Source: Octopus sinensis
Taxonomy: Eukaryota
Reading direction: 5' to 3'
Assembly (NCBI RefSeq): GCF_006345805.1
Contig: NC_043002.1
Span: 50,592,001 to 50,656,000 of the forward strand
Length of the DNA: 64,000 nucleotides
A program made the position numbers and the translations under genes. This document shows positions 50,352 to 64,000 of this stretch, piece by piece; position 1 is the first letter of the stretch; each line of letters begins with the position of its first letter. The notes under the pieces are model-generated. The model saw only the letters and a list, made by a program, of their open reading frames with translations, was not told the origin of the DNA and made no database searches.

Positions 50352-50626
50352 TTCAAGCCAGACTCTGCTCCCTCTCACAGCTTGCATGACTCAAGAGTGG
50401 ATGGCCGAAAATGTTCATGATCCTGTAACTGCTAACGTTTTGGCTTACTCTCTCAGCTGATTTAAACCCCTTGGACTACTATGCCTTGGGCGCGGTTGAG
50501 AGAGCGAGATCAACAAATATGCCCGTAATACCAAGGACTTCTTGATGTCAGCTACTGAGGATGTTATGGCAAACATGAATAAAGATTACCTGATGAACAC
50601 ACTCGTTCAGAAGCCGTAGTGAGGCT
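50352..50626 (+). pseudogene. DD37D-type (Tc1/mariner) transposase C-terminal fragment
   Basis: Across frameshifts: DSAPSH..QEWMAENVHD..NPLDYYA.GAVE..NK..NTKD..DVMANMNKD; reconstructed D-to-D spacing about 37. Confidence 0.65.
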
Positions 50627-51484
50627 TTATCGATTAGCCTTTTATTACGCGCAAAACTATCTGTACCAAAGTCTATAAAACATACTGTGTTTCTTAGAAA
50701 TATTTTTGTTTACCTTAAATTAAAATTTTGTATACAAATAGCTGACGCACCTTCTCTATATATCAACGAATGTTTAAGTGTTTCCACAAGTAGTTTCCAA
50801 AGTCCTGTCCATATTTGAAAGGGGTATTGATGCTGGTGCTGCTGTTGGCGTTGTTGGTGCTGGTTTTGCAGATGGTGATGGTGAAAATAGCGGCATCGGT
50901 GGTACGAAGTACTTTAAGGCACTTTTTTTATTTTCAAATTTACACAATAAATTCAGTTTTCACTTATGATTCAACAAATGGAAAGAAAGTAATGTCACCA
51001 CAAATATATATACAAAACTGATGGAACAGACATTTCTAATGTAGATGTAATGCACAATTGGCAACGTCCCAACCAGGCGAGTAAATACTGTTTTTCACAT
51101 ATTTGCCTCTGTCACAACATACACAAACATTTAGTTTATCTTTTCTTTCGTTCTTTCTTTGTGATATTTTGTTTTGGTATATTTGATTTTATTTTTTTTC
51201 AGTATACTGTTTCAAGATGCTGGCAAATAGCAGAATTGGTTAATGTGTGCCAGCCGACTTGTCCTCAAAACATTTTCAGTTTCACGTCTTATCACTGGCA
51301 TTGTCGACGAGGTTGGTCAGCGACAGATAATCCTTGATCGAGCAAATCTATAATCGAAGGCGATCCAGACCTGTTTATTTTATCTACGACTACCTGAATA
51401 AATTCAAAGGAATTTAAGTTAGTCTTTTATCTTGATTTGCTTAACATGATTTATTTAAAATTGATTTATTTAAAATGAAGTCGC

Positions 51485-51625
51485 AGGCATGACTGTGTAG
51501 TTAAGCAACTCACTTTGCAACCACCTGGTTTCGCCTTCAGTCCCACTGCGCAGTACCTTAGACAGATATTTTCTATTATTGCTCCGGTCCGACTAATGCC
51601 TTATGAGCGAATTTGGTAGACGTTG
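51485..51625 (+). mobile_element. SINE family A 5' half
   Basis: TGACTGTGTAGTTAAG..CAGTCCCACTGCG..GATTTGGTAGAC-like head and core. Confidence 0.7.
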
Positions 51626-52250
51626 CCCATCGAATATACATACATATATACACACACATACATACATACATACATACATACATACATACATACATAATAC
51701 ATACATACATACATACATATATTAGAAGGTTTGGAGGTGATGTACAGGTATTATATATTAGAAGAAATAAGGTACTCAGAAATCTGGATGGTTTTATATT
51801 TACAGATTTTTATTAATATGTCACATGTTTTTGTGAATCATATATTAATTAGCGCTTGCACCCACTCTAGTGGATTCTTCAGATTTAGATTTTTTGAGGA
51901 GATTCGTCTCTTTCTATAATATTATTGAGTGTGTAGGAGTGGAGAGAGATATAGGATAGTAAAAGAGGATGAGGAATGGGGAGAAAGTGAGAGAGAGTGC
52001 TTGTGTGTGTGTGCCTTTGTATCTGAAAGAGGTGTTAATAGAAAAGAGAAAGAAAGAAGGAAGGAAGAGATAAAGAAGAAAAATGTGCTTACATCTATAC
52101 AGCTGGTCAGTTCTTTCAATAGAAAGTGATTCTTGGCCTTTATATATAAAGATATATATATTTATATAACTAAGATCGTTATTTAAAATATCGATCATTT
52201 CAGGTGGCTAGCATGGGAATAAAAACCTCATAGGTAATAATTATTATTAA

Positions 52251-52440
52251 AATTATAATTAACAGTATCTAAGAGATACATTCATGCTAGATATAGCAGC
52301 CAAAACTTGACTCTAAAACCACATTAAATGTTCATACAGCACTTTTCTGGTGCTGTATGAACATTTAATGTGGTTTTAGAGTCAAGTTTTGGCAGCTATA
52401 TCTAGCATGGTTGTATCTCTTAGATACCCTTAATTATGAT
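52251..52440. repeat. Near-perfect foldback (arms about 90 bp, 7-nt loop 52343-52349) made from the 3' part of family G
   Basis: ..CTTGACTCTAAAACCACATTAAATGTTCATACAGCAC-TTTTCTG-GTGCTGTATGAACATTTAATGTGGTTTTAGAGTCAAG..; right arm homologous to 13468-13560. Confidence 0.9.
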
Positions 52441-52961
52441 ATATATTAATATATATGCATGTATGGTTACAGGACGTCACCAACTGTAAATGAAGTACGA
52501 AAACAAATAAGTTAAATACGCAAACAATGAGAGAAAAAATGGAAAACAGGACAAGTAACACAAAGAACGACCCTTAGAGTGAAGGAAATCCTGCACCATT
52601 GCAACTTGGCATAAATACGCTTCTAAACAGATTCTTATTATTTGATGAAGTGAATTGTATGACGTAATTACACATAATAACGCAACGAATGATTGGTCTT
52701 TCAAAATGTGTTGTTTGTTTTGTTGACGTTGTTGTTTAGCCTCGGGTCCACCTCGATTCAACATGACTGCATATGAACTGAGGCATTGCAGATGTGGCCA
52801 CCCAGTCTTCTTTTGCATGTATAATGTTTCTAGGACTACAATATCCGCTGTGCCTTCATAGCTTGAAATATGGACGAAATTTCATTGCTATTTCTAGTAC
52901 ACCAATCGACCATGTAAAAACTCAACACAATTCTTGATACTTGTTAGACTTTTATTCTTGT

Positions 52962-53165
52962 ACTTGTTTCAGTCATTGAACCGCTGCCATGCTGGAGCAC
53001 CACCTTGCTGGTTTAGTCGGACAATTTGACCGGAGTATTTATTTTGAGTTCAGTACTTGTTCTATCGGTTTCTTTCTTGCCGAACTGTTAAGTCACGGGG
53101 ATGTAAAAAAAACCCACACTGGTTGTCAAACGGTGAGTAGACAACGAAGAGAAATGAAAAGACAC

Positions 53166-53227
<62 letters not shown>

Positions 53228-53330
53228 TTTGTATTGTTGATCGTTACTTACCCGATGTACCTTGTAGGTGTACTGAACTTGAAACCACTTGGTTGTTAAG
53301 CGAACTTCTTAACAACACAGCCGTACCTGT
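52962..53330 (-). mobile_element. SINE family A, diverged, with (CA)n
   Basis: Tail at about 52962-53140; head at about 53235-53330. Confidence 0.7.
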
Positions 53331-53506
53331 GAACTTGGTTAAAGTATTTCGTCTCAGATCTAGGCTTTTTGATTACGGGTTCTTTCATTGCTGTTCCTGA
53401 CATGTGTTAGAGAGAGCCTGTCTTTTTGAAGAAAACTTCATTCTATATTCCTATGTATATTAGGATAATAAGCAGTTCTGAAATCCTGCAACAATATTAT
53501 TTGTTT

Positions 53507-53862
53507 CTAAGGCGGCGAGCTGGCAGAAACGTTAGCACACCAGGCGAAATGCTTAGCGGTATTTCGTCTGTCGTTAAATTAAGTAGCAGTTACGCACTGG
53601 TTTCGATGTAATCGACTTAATCCGTTTGTCTGTCCTTGTTTGTCCCTTCTGTGTGTAGCCCCTTGTGGGTAGTAAAGAAATAGGTATTTCGTCTGTCATT
53701 ACGTTCTGAGTTCAAATTCCGCTGAGGTCGATTTTGCCTTTCATCCTTTCGGGATCTATAAATTAAGTACCATTTGCGTACTGGGGTTGATCTAATCAAC
53801 TGGCCTCCTCCCGCAAAAATTTCGGGCCTTGTGCCTAGAGTAGAAAAGAATGTTATTTGTTT
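53507..53862 (+). mobile_element. Composite (dimeric) SINE family D with two different tails
   Basis: A box TGGCAGAAACG; GGTATTTCGTCTGTC restarts at about 53683; B box GAGTTCAAATTCC; two distinct 3' tails. Confidence 0.8.
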
Positions 53863-54231
53863 CTGTTGCTGTTATTTAGTCGACACATCAATGCTGGTAG
53901 AAAAGTCCTTCCTGTGTATTTAGTGGTTACATAGAATTATTTTATCCAGGTGTCTTCATGTGTTTAAAGGTTGTGGGATTGTATTTAAAGATCAGTATTA
54001 GTTGTATTAAGCTGGTGTCTATCTAGGTTACAACTCATTATTCCAAATACTTCAGACTCTACAGTTACGTGGTTGCTTATGTATTTGCCTCAGCCGTCCT
54101 TTTAACTGAGCGATTTTAAGAAAGATTTCTCTCAATTACTTTTTGCTTGTCTCTCAATGGAAAGGAAAATGTAGGATCGATCCGACAAGAGAAAGTAGAG
54201 AGAGTAAGAAGTATACACATAATTTGGTCTT

Positions 54232-54425
54232 TTACTGGTTTCAGTCTTTTTGACTGCAGCCATGCCGGAACATATCCTTAAAGGATTTTTTTTGACGAAG
54301 AAACCGACCCCAGGTCTTATTCCTTGTAAGCCTAGTTCTTATTCTATCGATCTCTTTTGCCGAAACCTTAAGTTACGCAAACACACCAACATCGGTTGTC
54401 AGACGATGGTGGGAGGACAAAGACA
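54232..54425 (-). mobile_element. SINE family A 3' half
   Basis: TTTCAGTC..GACTGCAGCCATG tail on the minus strand. Confidence 0.75.
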
Positions 54426-54496
54426 CGCACACACACTAAACGCACACACTCACATACACACACCACACACACAAACACACACACAACCACACACAC

Positions 54497-54650
54497 AAGT
54501 ATAGTGTTATTGGACGCTCAGGAAAAGAAATAAAGAAGGAGGATTTAACGTTTCGAGCTGAGCTCTTCGTCAGAAACATAGGAAAATGAAAGATCCAAAG
54601 AGGGAAGACGGAGGAAAAAATATCGCCAATGATACACACGCGGTCACATT

Positions 54651-54714
<64 letters not shown>

Positions 54715-54765
54715 AATAAATAAAAAATATCGCCAACGATATACACGCGGTCACATTTTGAATAT

Positions 54766-54798
<33 letters not shown>

Positions 54799-55049
54799 TA
54801 TAAATAAATATATATATATATATATAATATATATTCAAAATGTGACCGCGTGTGTATCGTTGGCGATTTTTTTTCCTCCGTCTTCCCTTCTTTGGATCTT
54901 TCATTTCCTATGTTTCTGACGAAGAGCTCAGCTCGAAACGTTAAATCCTCCTTCTTTATTTCTTTTCCTGAGCGTCCAATAACACTATACTTCTTCCACG
55001 TCCTCGCGTTGTTGTGTTTTCTCTTGTGGTTTTCATGTTTGGATTACTA
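54497..55049. mobile_element. Head-to-head pair of hammerhead family E copies (ribozymes 54543-54577 minus, 54912-54946 plus; core CTGACGA) with (TA)n spacer and a short third 5' fragment (54722-54763)
   Basis: 54497-54655 is the reverse complement of 54833-54992; the plus copy continues to 55049. Confidence 0.88.
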
Positions 55050-55589
55050 TATATATATATATATTATATATATATATATATATAATATATATATATATAT
55101 GTTAATATAATATGTGACAATTATTAGACATCCGAAACTCGGAGTTTCATCATGCTACCGAATAATTGTCACATATATTTACAGATAAATTCCTCTATTC
55201 ACATAATATCGATGTCTCTTTCATTCTTTTGTTGTCTTACCATTTGTATCAATATACATACATACATATATATAATATATATATATAATATATTATATAT
55301 ATATATATATATGCTTGTTAAGCATCATTACACTTCATGGGAATTTATAATTCATAGCTATTTAATGCTATTGCGCCTGTGATCCTCCTATGTCACTGCT
55401 GGTGATATGATCAATTTTTAAATTTATCCACAGATGATATGAGCAATAGTGACATCTGATTTTAAATCTCAGTGTTTGAATGTTTTGCTTATATAGGATG
55501 CAATAAAAAAGGGGTGCGGAGGAGAAAGTATAACAAGTGGTGCTGAATTTGTCCATAACACCAGCCCCGCCTAGTAATGGAGAAGAAAT

Positions 55590-56080
55590 GCTTAGAATTG
55601 GAGCATTTAAATAATTTTGAAGACATTGTTAGAAGAGACTTTCTAATCGATGTATTAACACAGAAAATACTCAACCAGTGTATTAGCACCAAAAATGGCG
55701 CTCGACTATTGCTACAATTGTGAAATGTAAAAGTTACGTAGTAAAATTTAAGTCAGGTTTTCTTACCCCCCGGAGAAAAAGCTGTGCGAATGGGCCTTAT
55801 ATGCGCGATGTTGCACTAAAAGCTACAATTAGGTATTTGATAGTTCATGATGACTATGTGGTTATCATTCAGTTCTTAATACGTATGCATGGTTCCCCAG
55901 CAGCTTTTGCCTAACTGTCTGGGGACAAAGTTTGACTAGAGGCAGGTGGAGTTTGAGATTTTTCTTGACTGTCAATAGATGAGATAGAAGTTGATTGTTG
56001 CGCGTAAAACCGATAAGCACATCTGAGACACTTCTACAGTGAGTAAATATATGAGAAGCCAAATTTTTGTCTGTCTCTTT
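55590..56080 (+). pseudogene. Possible heavily decayed Ty3/Gypsy RT relic
   Basis: Ordered weak motifs across frames: NNFEDIV..CINTENTQPVY; LDY; KSGF..P; RMHGSPAAF (cf. RMPFGL.NAPATF); HLRHF (cf. ELRSF). Confidence 0.3.
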
Positions 56081-58571
56081 CTTAGTATATATCTATGGTA
56101 AGATCAAGAACCGAGGGAACATTCTCACCCATTTTCGCTTATTAATCTTCTCCGTTCATATTTCCTGTTGAAATAGTATCTTTCACTGTCTGTTGCTGGT
56201 AAAAAAAAAAAAATTACTGTACATTGTCAGTAATTTCCCTGTTTTCTACCTACCTTTTCAAGACCTTGTTTTGTCCATTTGGTTATTCCAGCGTTTCGTC
56301 TGATGATGGATGCTGCTCTTGAGCTTATGTAGTGACGATATTTATTGATATTTATGGTACTGTGTTTGGACATTAATATCTTTCTTACTCATCGGAAATA
56401 TTCTTTCCCGAATACGCCTTTCGTTGTTGTATCTTTTATACCATCAGTTTCCAAAACACCAAGATATTTATATCAAATATTTATATCAACCATCAGTATC
56501 AAACTCAAATATCTTTTCGTTCGATAGATTTATTCCGTCATTTTATGTTATCTCACTTTGTCCATTACAAGGATTCCGCACTTCGACTGTGACGCTACTG
56601 CTAAACATTTTTACCCTATTTACAAAAACTATCCAATTCTCTTTTAGTCTTCCTGTATCAATTTTAGTCATCCTTGAATAATATTCTTATTGTTGTTGTT
56701 CTTTTTGTTGCTTCGCCTTATCTCCTCTGCCTCTTCACCATCATCCTCATTAGCATAATTTATATTAATAATACTTTAAAATGATATCACAAAAGAAAAC
56801 CGGAAAGAAATTTTAAAAAAAAGAGCTGTTTTTAATGGCGACTATGAATCTGCAAATATCAAAAATCCAATTGCTTACATAGAAACATTCATACATAAAA
56901 ACACACACACATACACACACATGTATATATGTATGTGTGTGTGTGTATGAGTGTGAATAAGTGTCTATGTCTATGTTTGTGTGTAAGTAGGTATGCATAC
57001 ATATATACATATATACATACATACACACAATGTATATGCATATACATATGTATTTATGCATAAATGTACAGGGAGAAAAAGGTAGAGAGAGAAGCATAGA
57101 AACATATATAAAGACAGATTTTCTGTATATTAGATGTTTTCCCTTTCCTTACTCAATTAGAGCGGCGAATACAATGGCAATTTATAAGAGTACAAGACGT
57201 GTGTGCCTTTAAAGTTTCGTTTCCGGTTCAAATTTTGATCCAACAATTTTGGTTATTCGTTACCAACTAACATAACAAAAACACTTTTTCAAATCATACT
57301 ATGTGTAGCAAGTTATGAATATAATCATACATACTGGATTTTATATTCAATAAATTTGAAATAATTCGTAGGTTAAGAAAGAAAGATACAAGATACATAG
57401 GAATGGAAATGTAACAGAGTCCTTGTTTCATGTAAACCTTAGATATATATAACTCACATGCTCAGACACACATACGTTGAGATAGATATGTTTATTTAAT
57501 ATATGTACTGCACCAATTCATATATGTATTCACGAATCGTTGTCAGTGTGCCTGTGTGTCTGTCTCTCTGCCCGTCTTTCTCATCTCTCTCTCTCTCATT
57601 CTCTGTCCGTCTGATTGTCTGTGGTGGTTTGTCTATCAGTCTATATTTCTCTCTCATCCCTTTCTGTGTCTCCCTCTCTCTCTATGTATGTGTATATATA
57701 TTACGCACATGCACACACACACACGCACTCACACCAACACACACACGCACACGCATATATATAGATATATGTTGTCATATGTATACATACACACATATAT
57801 GCATATACGTTTGTAAGGATATGTGCACGTCTGTAACATATTCATTATGCCCGTGTGTCTCTAGTTCTATATGTGTGTGCATATGTCTGTGTCTTTGTGG
57901 TGTGTGTGGTGTGTGTGTGTGTGGGTGTGTATGTGTGAAAGGGTTGGGGATATATCTACGTGTGCTAATGTCTGTTTTCGTATTGACAATTCAACTAAGC
58001 ACACATAGAAACAAAGGAATAAACCAAAACAAACTAACAAAGTAAAAAATATGACTAAAAAGCAGAACACAATAAAAAGTCAAAAACCTAACGATAAAAC
58101 ACAATTTGAAAACAGACATCTTTCTATATTTTCAAAACTGAAAAACTATGTAGTTTATTTCGCAAGAAACAATCATTCTTTCAACTAGTATTGTGATTTA
58201 AATGTTCAAATATCATTTTCCAGTGGAATAGTTGGTTCTTTGTTTTTTGAAGAAACTGATAGATAATCTGCAGACGACAGAGAGAAAGTGTCAGAGAAAA
58301 AGAAGTGAGAAAAGAACGGAAAAGGTTTTAAAACTCATAAATAACATGAAAATAAGTAAATATATGAGTGAATGTGTATGTATATATGTACGTATGTATT
58401 TATGCATGTATATATATATATATGTATGTATGTATGTATGTATATATATATATTATATATATATTATATATATATATATATATAGATATAATATATATAT
58501 ATATATACATATATATTTTTTATATATACATACATATACCTGTGCAATTATATTGCATATATATGATATAC

Positions 58572-58612
<41 letters not shown>

Positions 58613-58613
58613 C

Positions 58614-58668
<55 letters not shown>

Positions 58669-58747
58669 CTCTCTCTCTCTATATATATATATATTGGTAT
58701 GTGTTTTAAAAAATAACGAATACATTTAGAATGCAATAAATATATAA

Positions 58748-58872
58748 AACTACTACTACCACTACTATTACCGCTACTGCTATCAATGCTGCAGCTGCTG
58801 CAGCAGCTACTGCTCATGATAATGATAATAATGATGATGTTGTTGTTGTTGGTGATGATAATGATGATGATC

Positions 58873-58904
<32 letters not shown>

Positions 58905-58934
58905 AACAACAAAAGCAATAAAAATAAAAATAAC

Positions 58935-58973
<39 letters not shown>

Positions 58974-58995
58974 TATAATAATAATAATAATAAAG
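58748..58995. repeat. Compound trinucleotide mosaic (CTA/GCT/GAT/GTT/CAA/AAT)
   Basis: Directly visible. Confidence 0.92.
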
Positions 58996-60750
58996 TAAAT
59001 AAATGTTTTAAAGAAAGGAAAAACACATAAAACAAACTTTTTTTAAACGAAAATGAAATCGGTCATTGAAAGTGATTCCATTTGGTTTGTCGTGTTTACT
59101 ACAAATCACTGGCCAACTTTCAAAGAATGAAGATTGAATGAGACAAAGAATGAGTGAAGGAGAGAGAGAGAGGAAAGAGAAAGAGAAAGAGAGAGAGAGA
59201 AAGAGAGAGGAAAGAGAAAGAGAAAGAGAGAGAGAGAGAGCTAAGAGAAAGAGAGAGATATAATGAGTTATATATATATATATTTATACACTACTGTATG
59301 TATGTATATGTTTGTATGTATGTGTGTATGAGTATGTGTATATGTATGTATTTATGGACATGAATCGATAGAGAGATAGACTTACATATAGATAACTAGA
59401 TGGGAAGAGACAAGTTCATAGGTAAATAGATGGGTAGATTTGTTTGAAAGATATATGTGCGTGCATGCATTAGTGCGTGCATGCGTGTTCGCAGAAGTAC
59501 ATGTATAACAAAGTGGATAGATAAATGGAAAAATAGAGATCGAATGTTAGGTTGATAGACGACATGTCGATTAAGAACACTCAACTTCATGGATAACAAG
59601 CTTAACACACACACTTACAGACATACACACAAAAACGCATAAACGTACACAAACACACACTTATATATATGTATGCACATACCTATATAAATATGTACAC
59701 ACAGGCGTATATAAATACGTATACATACATACGTACACACATACGTACATACATGTATACATACATACAAATATTTATACACACGCATAATATGGTTGAC
59801 TGGATTGACAGACGTAATCTATTGATAGATAGTTACATCGATGAGTATACTGTATGTAAAGAGAAAATGAGGAATAAAGGAATGACTATATATGAAAAAT
59901 GAAACGAATCTATCGCTAACGATACGCCAAGAAAGAACTATTTCCTTCATTTCTTTGTTATTTCTTCCTATCACCCTTTTGCTGTATTTTAAACTGCAAA
60001 GAAAATAAAATAAAATTATATACATATATATCACTCTTTTAAAATCGCTCTTCGTTTCATTTGTTATTTGCTATCAATCTTCCTTTATTTCAGTCCTTCT
60101 CTCTTCATTTTAATATTACTTCACATTTTTATTGAGAGAGATGACCATAGAAAATACTAGCTCTTGTAGTCTATCGAAATCACAGTGTGTCGTCTGCTCA
60201 CTGATTTTTCGCGCCTGTCGCCATTATTCTAGCTAAATGACAGCCAGAATTTTACATTATCTTCACTCTCTTCTTCTCTCCCTCGTTCTGGCTCTCTTAC
60301 TTTCGGTCTTTCGTCCTTCCTTTCCTTTCTACATATATTATCTTCTGCTCTTCTTTCATTTTCCTTCATTTACATTCTTTCTTGAGATTGTTATTGTTTC
60401 TTCTAATTTATCTTTTGCCAGCCATTTTCGGTTTAATTATATTTGTTTCAAATTTTTTTTAAAAATATTTTTCTAGAAAAGTAATATTTATCTAAATATG
60501 GAGTTAAGACTTAAGTGGGAAATTCACTGGAAAATAAGCTTTTTCAGCGATGAAACGCATGTGATAAAGTGTGTGTGCGTGTGTACATGCGTGTGTGTGT
60601 CTGTGTATGCACACAGCTAAATTGGTGTATATATATATATCCATCAATGTATTATGTATACATATATGTATATGCATGTATGTATGTATATATATATATA
60701 TTATATATATATATATATATATGCATTTATGTAGTTGTGCTCATTTGTGC

Positions 60751-60781
<31 letters not shown>

Positions 60782-60852
60782 GTCAATATATACTTACGTG
60801 CATACGTATGTTTTTATAGGTACATACATATATATCTATATGTGTCTATACA

Positions 60853-60947
<95 letters not shown>

Positions 60948-61726
60948 AAACACAAATATACATTTATATGTGTATATATGCTCCAACTCACAGTTCGTCC
61001 ATCTATCTACTTATCAGTCTACATTTATTTATATATACATATAGATACACACATACACATACACACACACACACACATACACACACATACATACACACAC
61101 ACACACACACACACTGAAAAATATATATACATATATGTGCGTACGTGCGTATGTGTGCGTGAGCGCTTGCGTATGAATAAATAACTTTTGTCAAAAGCTT
61201 ATACGTCATATTTAAAACCAGGATGATGATATTTTTGCAAAATTAAGAAAAATGATCTATTTGAATATTAGAGTGTTGAATGTAGGCAACACGAAGCACC
61301 ATGCCGTTCCTCTATATGGGTGTGTGGTTGTCAAAGATGCTTAACACAAATAGATTTTTCTCAATTATCCGTCTTTGTGCTAAGAGGACTCCCACCCAGC
61401 CTTCTCCCAACCATAAATGATATATGCATTTTATTCATGTTTTGTGTGCGCATATAATAAAATGTAATGCACACACGCTAAAACACACATACAGAGTCAA
61501 TTCACATATATATATATGTATATGTATATGTGTATGTATATATATATGTATATATATATACATATATATATATATATACATACATATATACATATACACA
61601 TACATATATATTTAGGTTTATGCCTATATATATATATATATATACATCCATATATCTATCATATCTATGTGTATATCTTTGTATACTATGTGTGTTTATA
61701 TATATATAATATATATATATATGTAT

Positions 61727-61762
<36 letters not shown>

Positions 61763-61780
61763 GTATATATAAGAATATGA

Positions 61781-61824
<44 letters not shown>

Positions 61825-61990
61825 ATATGTATATATGTGTATATATGTATGTATGTATGTATATATAAGAATATGAAAGAAGTTTAGCTTGTGTGCATAT
61901 GTATGTATAAATGTATAATTCATTTGCTCGTTTGATAATCGTTGATTGCCGCCGTCGTCACAGTACATTTTAGGTCGTCATTGCCATCAT

Positions 61991-62023
<33 letters not shown>

Positions 62024-62109
62024 TGTCGTTGTCGTTATCATCTCCAGCATCACATCATCGCCCCCAGTGGATACATATATGTATGTATGTGTATATGATA
62101 GTTAAAGGC

Positions 62110-62140
<31 letters not shown>

Positions 62141-62440
62141 AATATATATACCTAGCTACACGAAGAGAAACCATACAGGGTCATAAACGCATGTGGATAC
62201 ACACACACACACACACCCTCCGTACTTCTGGTGTGGCCCAGAATTATGTAGCAGTGTTAGTGTTGACACAAACGAAATGGGGTGCGAGGTAAATACCCTG
62301 GACCACCCTGGAAATTAAATTCGAAGACAGGAGTCGCAGAGCAGAAAACTAAGACGAGTCTGAGAAACAAATGGATGTATTACCAGAATATCAAAGTTAT
62401 TCAACATATTGCAAGCAAAAAATCTATTATTTTGAATAAT

Positions 62441-62690
62441 AGGCGCAGGAGTGGCTGTGTGGTAAGTAGCTTGTTTACCAACCACATGGTTCCGGGTTCA
62501 GTTCCACTGCGTGGCACCTTGGGCAAGTGTCTTCTACTATAGCCTCGGGCCGACCAAAGCCTTGTGAGAGGATTTGGTTGACGGAAACTGAAAGTAGCCC
62601 GTCGTATATCGAGTTGCTCGATTAAAGGCGGTGCTCCAGCATGGCCGCAGTGAAATGACTGAAACAAGTAAAAGAGTAAAAGAGTAAGGA
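62441..62690 (+). mobile_element. SINE family A, little diverged, with clean internal deletion
   Basis: Head and core join directly to GAGTTGCTCGATTAAAGGCGG; the microsatellite and middle segment are absent. Confidence 0.88.
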
Positions 62691-63584
62691 GCAACGTGAG
62701 AATAAAGCAGTATATTTGAGGAGGAAGTGCAGCGTGAAAGATAACCGAATAAAATAACCTATGGTGAAGTATGATGTGGAAAATGGTGCCAGTGAGATTT
62801 AGATATCTTCTGTGTGCAATATTCAATGTGTTTCTATTACTGCCCAGCGTTAGCTGATGGGCCTGGTGTGATTCCGTTAATTATGCATAGTTGAAGAGAC
62901 TATGCGTTGTTGGAGTATGTTTTGACTACATGCAAGTCTTTCCTAGTAGGAAAATCAAATTTTGAAAGCCATTGCTACTGCACTAAAGAAATAATGTGGC
63001 ATTTTCAGTGCAATGAGATCCAGCACCGTGTAATTCTGTTTTTTTCTTAAAGAAGAGGAAGGAGAAGGCAAAAAAGTATAAAGAAATGAAAGATGAATTT
63101 CAGATTTTTTTAAAGGCGAGTGGTTAATGACTGAAGTGCATAGCTAGATGTAAAGCAAACGCTCGTCTTCTCAAAACATTATTGCATTAATTAAATAATG
63201 ACCAAGCCTTTTTGTACGATATATATTTGACAAAACAAAAATATGTCATTGAATTGATTTTGTCATGGAGAGGTGAAAAAGAGTGTGTGCATTAAAATAT
63301 GAACTTCAGAAATAGTATTTTACAGTAATTTGGATCGTATTCAGTAAGATCAAATAGAAAAAAAAAACTCTAGATAAAATGGTTGTTAGAGAGATTCCTT
63401 TAAATTTTTCACAATCTCTTAGATCAATTTTCATTGAGTTTCATAAACGTTTTGGTTCCATCCACTTGGTTTGGTCTCAACATACCATACTTTTCATAAA
63501 GCATGTAACGTGCTTTTAGCATTTCTCCCTCTATTCTGTATAGTTTCAGAATATACCTCTTCTTCAAGTGCTCTCTCTTTCCCT

Positions 63585-63638
<54 letters not shown>

Positions 63639-64000
63639 GTTTCCTTTACAATGATAATAATTATTTCAATATCCAGTTCTTCTTGTGATTCAGATATAAA
63701 GAAAGCATAAATCTAGTTACAAACTTTATTCATGCACTCTTCAATTGCTCTCCTCATCATTCCTTTGCAAGATCTGATGTTACGAATTTGTTTCTTGTCA
63801 ACACTGGTGATTTTTTAATACAATACGCGCCTTACAAAGTCATGGCCTACATCTGAGTGAAATATGCTTTGTCTGCTTCAACGTCTTTGATTCTACATAT
63901 TCTCTTCACCTAACTATTGCGGCTCTACTATTTAGCTATTTTGTATTTTTGTGTGTTTTTTTGTCTCTTTCATTTCTCTTACCATTTATTTCATTTTGTC

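Noticed and set aside
50760-50920. Minus-strand Pro/Ala/Thr-rich frame (SPSPSAKPAPTTPTAAP..)
   Set aside because: Derived from degenerate GGT/GCT/GTT trinucleotide repeats; no exon evidence
56285-56330. CTGATGA on the plus strand and GAAACG on the minus strand near 56.3 kb
   Set aside because: The elements are on opposite strands and the stems do not pair

Overview
Eukaryotic, AT-rich, microsatellite-saturated DNA with no host gene I can confidently identify. The SINE families and repeat landscape are most consistent with an octopod cephalopod (Octopus-like); this is an inference from recalled repeat families, not a database search. Nearly all ORFs in the supplied track are microsatellite translations. 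Recognisable content: many tRNA-derived SINEs (4 families, with modular or swapped tails); Tc1/mariner relics (mariner DD34D-type, Tc1, DD37D-like); a hAT MITE with a perfect 8-bp TSD; a Helentron-type HINE; LINE relics (CR1/Jockey-group, a CR1 3' end, an RTE 3' end, an RLE-type C-terminus); and one 5'-truncated Penelope-like element (PLE; 660 uninterrupted codons, RT + GIY-YIG, two long Asn-rich inserts) followed by a hammerhead ribozyme. The most striking signal is a dense set of about 13 type I hammerhead(-like) motifs from at least 7 sequence families. Most lie in short non-coding elements next to (TA)n tracts. Several have a Penelope-like architecture: an inverted 5' arm plus a ~1.3-mer of a ~500-540 nt ribozyme unit, a tandem dimer, or a head-to-head pair. 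In one element the duplication junction falls within 3 nt of the predicted cleavage site. This suggests a set of non-autonomous, PLE-mobilised retrozyme-like elements. One 100-N assembly gap lies at 16243-16342. Repeat boundaries are read by eye and are approximate (about +/-10-20 nt) unless a TIR or TSD is quoted.
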